Of a stretch of 20,000 bases of DNA, positions 16,216-20,000 are shown in pieces; within the stretch, counting starts at the first letter, position 1, and every line of letters begins with the position of its first letter. The translations under genes and the position numbers were made by a program. The DNA is taken from IMG/VR virus record IMGVR_UViG_3300007216_003109; one strand, written 5' to 3'. The DNA comes from an uncultured virus (IMG/VR IMGVR_UViG_3300007216_003109) (Duplodnaviria > Heunggongvirae > Uroviricota > Caudoviricetes). The notes under the pieces were generated by a model, which saw nothing but the letters and a program-made list of their open reading frames with translations, was not told the DNA's origin and ran no database searches.

Positions 16216-16800
16216 ATGATTATTGATCAAAAAGTATATGACGGAAAGCAGTTGCATAGTCGATTTGCATATAGGTTTTTTAAAGAGAAGGCTTTGCCAA
16301 TTGGTAATATTATTACTTTCCGTGCTCCTATGCTAGTAGAAGCAGAAGGTATGATTGATACAGAAGACGTGCTTAATAATGATTTCATTTATAGCGACGA
16401 TGCTATTAATTTTTTATGGGAGATTCCTAACCTTGATCCGTTTGGTGCCGTGGCGTATCAGAGATTGTTTAATACTCTTGTAGCCAATATTCTTTCCACC
16501 AAGTACTTGAATGCGCCTATTGAAATGAATGGCGATGATATGATTGTGTATAAAGAACATACACAAGGCGGTATCACGCAACCAAAGGGTAAGTGCAGTG
16601 TTAGCATTACCTATGTTAAGAATGGTGTTGCCTTAGGTCATACTGGTATTAATGTTAAGGCTGGTAAGAAAGCACCCGCTTTTGCATACTCAACCAATTT
16701 AACTGATGAGCAAGTTCAAGGATTCATGCAAGATGTTATTCAAATGTTTTATCAGCTTAATGATGATATCTTTATTGCTACAAGCAAAGTTATTTGTTAA
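16216..16800 (+). CDS. DUF366-family protein (biotin/lipoate ligase-like fold)
   Basis: YDGKQL, MIDTED, YQRLF, GDDM, KCSVSI and HTGINV match my recollection of DUF366/COG2029. Confidence 0.7.
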   Translation: MIIDQKVYDGKQLHSRFAYRFFKEKALPIGNIITFRAPMLVEAEGMIDTEDVLNNDFIYSDDAINFLWEIPNLDPFGAVAYQRLFNTLVANILSTKYLNAPIEMNGDDMIVYKEHTQGGITQPKGKCSVSITYVKNGVALGHTGINVKAGKKAPAFAYSTNLTDEQVQGFMQDVIQMFYQLNDDIFIATSKVIC

Positions 16801-17153
16801 TGGAAAATATATTTGATTTCTTAAATTCGATTCTTTTTTCTAAAAAGAAAATTTCGATTAATGAAGAGAATAAAAACACATATGTTCCTTTTCTTATTAA
16901 TCGGTGGCTTTCTTTCTACTCTAAAGATGTTTGTAATATTGTAAATCAATCTGTTAATAAGTTTAGTAATTTCTCTAAAGAAGAGCATTATCTATTTCTA
17001 AAGAATATGTTACCAAAACTGCCTCTCAAGAGATTAGATTATGTTAAGAAGAAGAAAAATGATAATAATGATTCGGACGACAATGTTAGTATGTTAGCAA
17101 AAAACCTTGAAATCTCGAAAAGAGAAATAAATCAATATATACTATGCCAGTAG
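16794..17153 (+). CDS. T4 gp62-like clamp loader small subunit
   Basis: IFDFLNSI and YVPFLINRWLS motifs, C-terminal ISKREINQY. Start may be 16800. Confidence 0.7.
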   Translation: MLMENIFDFLNSILFSKKKISINEENKNTYVPFLINRWLSFYSKDVCNIVNQSVNKFSNFSKEEHYLFLKNMLPKLPLKRLDYVKKKKNDNNDSDDNVSMLAKNLEISKREINQYILCQ

Positions 17154-17590
17154 ACATCGATGTTTTACCTACACAGAAAAGCTTAATTGACTTTTCTGAA
17201 CTACCAAAGAATTCATTTGATTCAGTATTCATTGGTTATAACCTTAAGCAGGTATTAGATGATATTATTTTAGCCACGTTTGTTGACGAGTCTGATAACG
17301 GTAGAGAGATTGTTCGTAATGGTATTCTGGTGCCTATTAATGCTGATACCCGTGCGTGGCGCTTAGGCCGTGTTATTCTTGTGGGGCCAAATGTTAAGCT
17401 TGCTAAGGCAGGCGATATTATTTGTTTTCCAAATAACATGGGTGTACCAATCTCTAATATTGATGTAGATGGTATCGGTACAGTTAAAAAAGGAATATTC
17501 ATTAACGAGCAAAGAATATTCGGTATCTGCTCTGAGCGTCAACCTAATGAAAGTAACACTAGGGACACTAAAAAATCTTCTAGAAAATAA
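17144..17590 (+). CDS. GroES-like co-chaperonin (gp31-like)
   Basis: GILVP, GRVILVGP, GDIICF and INEQRIFG motifs. Confidence 0.75.
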   Translation: MPVDIDVLPTQKSLIDFSELPKNSFDSVFIGYNLKQVLDDIILATFVDESDNGREIVRNGILVPINADTRAWRLGRVILVGPNVKLAKAGDIICFPNNMGVPISNIDVDGIGTVKKGIFINEQRIFGICSERQPNESNTRDTKKSSRK

Positions 17591-17924
17591 TGTGTGTGAA
17601 ATAAAGTTTACCCGCCGAAGACCGATAGCGGGTGAACCATTATCTAGAAGAATGCTTTGTACTAATAGTGTAGCTGTATTGCAATCTATAAATGGTAAAC
17701 TCTTATTAAACTACCGCCAACCAAAGCGCACTCCAAAATTTAATCCTAATTCAAAAAATGTTATCGTTACTTGGGATATCTTCATGCAAGATTTTAGATG
17801 CATTAATATGGATAGCTGTGACTTGATACAAACTATTCCCGGAGATGATAATTTTTGGAATTACTTTAATGAAAAGTTACGTTTGATGTCTCCTGAAGAA
17901 AAAGAAAGGTTTATGAATTCATGA
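17547..17924 (+). CDS. Sm/SH3-like (WYL_2/DUF2693-like) phage protein
   Basis: LKNLL...CEIKFTRR...RRMLCT...VTWD...FRC pattern. Start preferred at ATG 17547. Confidence 0.6.
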   Translation: MKVTLGTLKNLLENNVCEIKFTRRRPIAGEPLSRRMLCTNSVAVLQSINGKLLLNYRQPKRTPKFNPNSKNVIVTWDIFMQDFRCINMDSCDLIQTIPGDDNFWNYFNEKLRLMSPEEKERFMNS

Positions 17925-18256
17925 ACATAGTTGAATTAGAAGATAGCTTAAAAAAGATTTTTCAAAAAGATATTACATTTAATTTAAACGGAAAGACTTT
18001 AAAAGAAGGCAAATTAATTTTATTTTCATTTAAAGAATTCTATCTACATTTTAAATTAAAAGTAAACGATAGTTATAAGAATTTTGAAATACCCTGTCCA
18101 TTTGAATATTCTGTAGAGTCTTCTAGATTTGTATTTGATTATACCAACAAGACATTTACTAAGAATAATAAAAATTTAGATTTCTTAATTAAAGTATTAA
18201 AGAAAAATAAAACATCAAAATACTATAATAACTATTTGATTATTAATTTTTCATAA
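17921..18256 (+). CDS. Hypothetical phage protein
   Basis: 111 aa, ATGA overlap with the upstream stop. Confidence 0.7.
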   Translation: MNIVELEDSLKKIFQKDITFNLNGKTLKEGKLILFSFKEFYLHFKLKVNDSYKNFEIPCPFEYSVESSRFVFDYTNKTFTKNNKNLDFLIKVLKKNKTSKYYNNYLIINFS

Positions 18257-18262
18257 TAAAAT
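18236..18262 (+). promoter_or_regulatory. Sigma70-like promoter
   Basis: TTGATT-N15-TAAAAT, 6 nt before GTG 18269. Confidence 0.5.
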
Positions 18263-18268
18263 TGTAGA

Positions 18269-19897
18269 GTGCGTAAGAAGCTAATATCTTATTTTCCGGA
18301 AGAGTATACCCCCAGCGATAGCCAAGTTGCTTTAATTAACGGTGTAGACAAAGCATTAGTTAATAACAAAAAATTTATTATATGCTGTGCCCCAACTGGT
18401 ACTGGTAAAAGTTTTCTAGCTAAAACACTTGCAAACTTTAGTAACGAATCAACATCCGAATTTAAAGAACTTGTTAATACATACAAAGCATTCAGGCAAG
18501 ATCATTTGGGAAATTTTTTATATGAAGCGGATTGCTATAAACAACCTCCTTTCGGTACTTTTACTCTTACTATAACTAAATCTTTGCAAGACCAGTATTT
18601 GAAATTATTTTCTGATGCAAAATTATTAAAAGGTAAAACCAACTATCAGTGTCAAGTAGATACAGATGTAGATGTTGAAACAGCGCCTTGTGTTTTAGTT
18701 TCGAAATTAAAAGAGGATTGTTGGGGTAAGTGTTTATGTCCTTATTATAATTCACGTAATGTCAGCTTAACAAATAAATTTTCTATTTTAAATTATAAAA
18801 TGTTTTTGGCTTTACCGAATCATGTTAAGAAGAAAAATATTATTATTTGTGACGAAGCATCAGAATTAGAGGATGAATTAGTAAAACAGTTTTCAGCAAT
18901 TATTGACTATACGAAATTAAAAAATTACGGTATAGAAGTAAAGCCTCTAGTTACTGACAAATACCAAAAAGTACATGTATGGTTATATGATATTATTTTT
19001 CAGCTTAGCGAAGTTATTAGTGCCTATACAAACAGAGCATATAAGAAAATGACTAACTTTTCTCCCATAGACAAGATCAAAATAAATTATCTTAAAAATT
19101 TATATAATAGTCTATCTACAATTGAAAATTTATGGGAAGAAAATGAATTTATTGTAGAGAAAGATGCTAAAAGAGTTTTCTTCACACCCTTAAAGGTTAA
19201 TAAGCTTACCAAGTATATTTTTGATTATGCAGATCATGTTGTATTAATGTCAGCAACAATTATTGACCATAAAAACTTTGCGAAAACTTTAGGCATAAAA
19301 GATTATCAGTACATAGAAGTAGATTCAACATTTGATTCTTCTAAGTCGCCAATTTACGTTACATCTAAAAACAAGCTAAACTATAAGAATATCAAACAAG
19401 AGCTTCCTTTTGTAGTTGAAAAAATTAAACAGATATGTGATTTTCATAAAGATGAAAAGGGTATTATACATACACATACCCATGAAATTACGGAGTATTT
19501 AAAAACTAGGCTTGGATTTGGTAGATACCTGTACCGAGATCTTTCTTCTAAAAATGAAGATATTCTCAAAGAACACAAACTCAAAGATGGACCGACTGTT
19601 TTAGTCTCTCCTTCTCTAGCTTTTGGCATTGACCTCAAAGATCACTTAGCAAGGTTTCAGATCATAGCTAAACTACCTTATCTTCCGTTATCGTCTAAGC
19701 GTATAAAACGTTTGTTTGATGAAGATAATGATTGGTATATCGATAAGATGTTAAATGCTTTAGTGCAGGCTAGTGGACGAGCAACACGTAGTAAGAACGA
19801 CTACTCAACAACTTATATCCTAGATGGTAATATTGTAGATGTTCTAAAGAAGCATAAAAATAAGCTTCCAAAATACTTTATTGATAGAATTATATAA
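18269..19897 (+). CDS. DinG/XPD-family SF2 helicase
   Basis: Q motif, APTGTGKS, KGKTNYQC...C...C...CPYY (Fe-S ligands), DEAS, MSAT, GIDL and QASGRATRS. Confidence 0.88.
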   Translation: MRKKLISYFPEEYTPSDSQVALINGVDKALVNNKKFIICCAPTGTGKSFLAKTLANFSNESTSEFKELVNTYKAFRQDHLGNFLYEADCYKQPPFGTFTLTITKSLQDQYLKLFSDAKLLKGKTNYQCQVDTDVDVETAPCVLVSKLKEDCWGKCLCPYYNSRNVSLTNKFSILNYKMFLALPNHVKKKNIIICDEASELEDELVKQFSAIIDYTKLKNYGIEVKPLVTDKYQKVHVWLYDIIFQLSEVISAYTNRAYKKMTNFSPIDKIKINYLKNLYNSLSTIENLWEENEFIVEKDAKRVFFTPLKVNKLTKYIFDYADHVVLMSATIIDHKNFAKTLGIKDYQYIEVDSTFDSSKSPIYVTSKNKLNYKNIKQELPFVVEKIKQICDFHKDEKGIIHTHTHEITEYLKTRLGFGRYLYRDLSSKNEDILKEHKLKDGPTVLVSPSLAFGIDLKDHLARFQIIAKLPYLPLSSKRIKRLFDEDNDWYIDKMLNALVQASGRATRSKNDYSTTYILDGNIVDVLKKHKNKLPKYFIDRII

Positions 19898-19907
19898 ATA
19901 ATAAATA
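19893..19907 (+). promoter_or_regulatory. Tandem late promoter boxes TATAAATA / AATAAATA
   Basis: The second box ends 5 nt before ATG 19913. Confidence 0.65.
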
Positions 19908-19912
19908 CTATT

Positions 19913-20000
19913 ATGGGACAAATATCTTTAGTAGGTCAAGCTGCAGCATTACATAATTTAGCATCTAATGGTTTGATAACTAGAACTGCTGCAAGTACAG
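19913..20000 (+). CDS. 5' end of a probable late structural (fibre-like) gene, truncated
   Basis: MGQISLVGQAAALHNLASNGLITRTAAST is open to the window edge and preceded by a late promoter. Confidence 0.55.
   Translation, partial: MGQISLVGQAAALHNLASNGLITRTAAST

Noticed and set aside
17469..17546. Upstream extension of ORF 17469-17924
   Set aside because: It would overlap the GroES-like gene by about 120 nt. ATG 17547 fits the domain start better.
17607..17636. Hairpin TTTACCCGC-N12-GCGGGTGAA
   Set aside because: It lies inside a CDS, has a long loop and no U-tract. Probably incidental.
615..19638. Short shadow ORFs in the track (615-806, 1380-1571, 2893-3159, 4442-4624, 5646-5876, 6119-6346, 6597-6803, 8920-9207, 10662-10868, 11532-11741, 13783-14004, 14871-15161, 17236-17502, 18289-18486, 19444-19638)
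   Set aside because: They are antisense to better-supported genes, with no motifs or promoter boxes.
1..20000. CRISPR arrays, tRNAs, introns/inteins, stop-codon recoding, bacterial chromosome origin
   Set aside because: No repeats or tRNA-like folds were seen, genes are full-length under the standard code with all three stops used, and gene content and promoters point to a phage.

Overview
AT-rich, very gene-dense segment of what is most likely a large T4-like (myovirus-type) phage genome. The evidence is TA(T)AAATA late-promoter boxes, a gp62-like clamp-loader small subunit, a GroES/gp31-like co-chaperonin, PhoH and small T4-like hypotheticals. There are four parts. (1) 1-7300: 7-deazaguanine precursor genes (folE, queD, queE), phoH and a P-loop NMP-kinase-like gene, interleaved with many short late-promoter genes. 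Most of these short genes share an N-terminal peptide resembling the T4 capsid-targeting sequence, and one encodes a retropepsin-like protease. (2) 7301-8820: two paralogous fibre-like genes. (3) 8848-16193: nine carbohydrate genes, namely about six glycosyltransferase-like ORFs plus an A5P-isomerase / nucleotidyltransferase-kinase / HAD trio resembling the NDP-arabinose module of RB69-like phages. (4) 16216-20000: DUF366-like gene, clamp-loader subunit, co-chaperonin, SH3/WYL-like gene and DinG-like helicase. Nearly every transcription unit has one of two promoter classes only 5-10 nt before the start codon, implying leaderless mRNAs. All family calls come from motif recognition by eye, with no database search.
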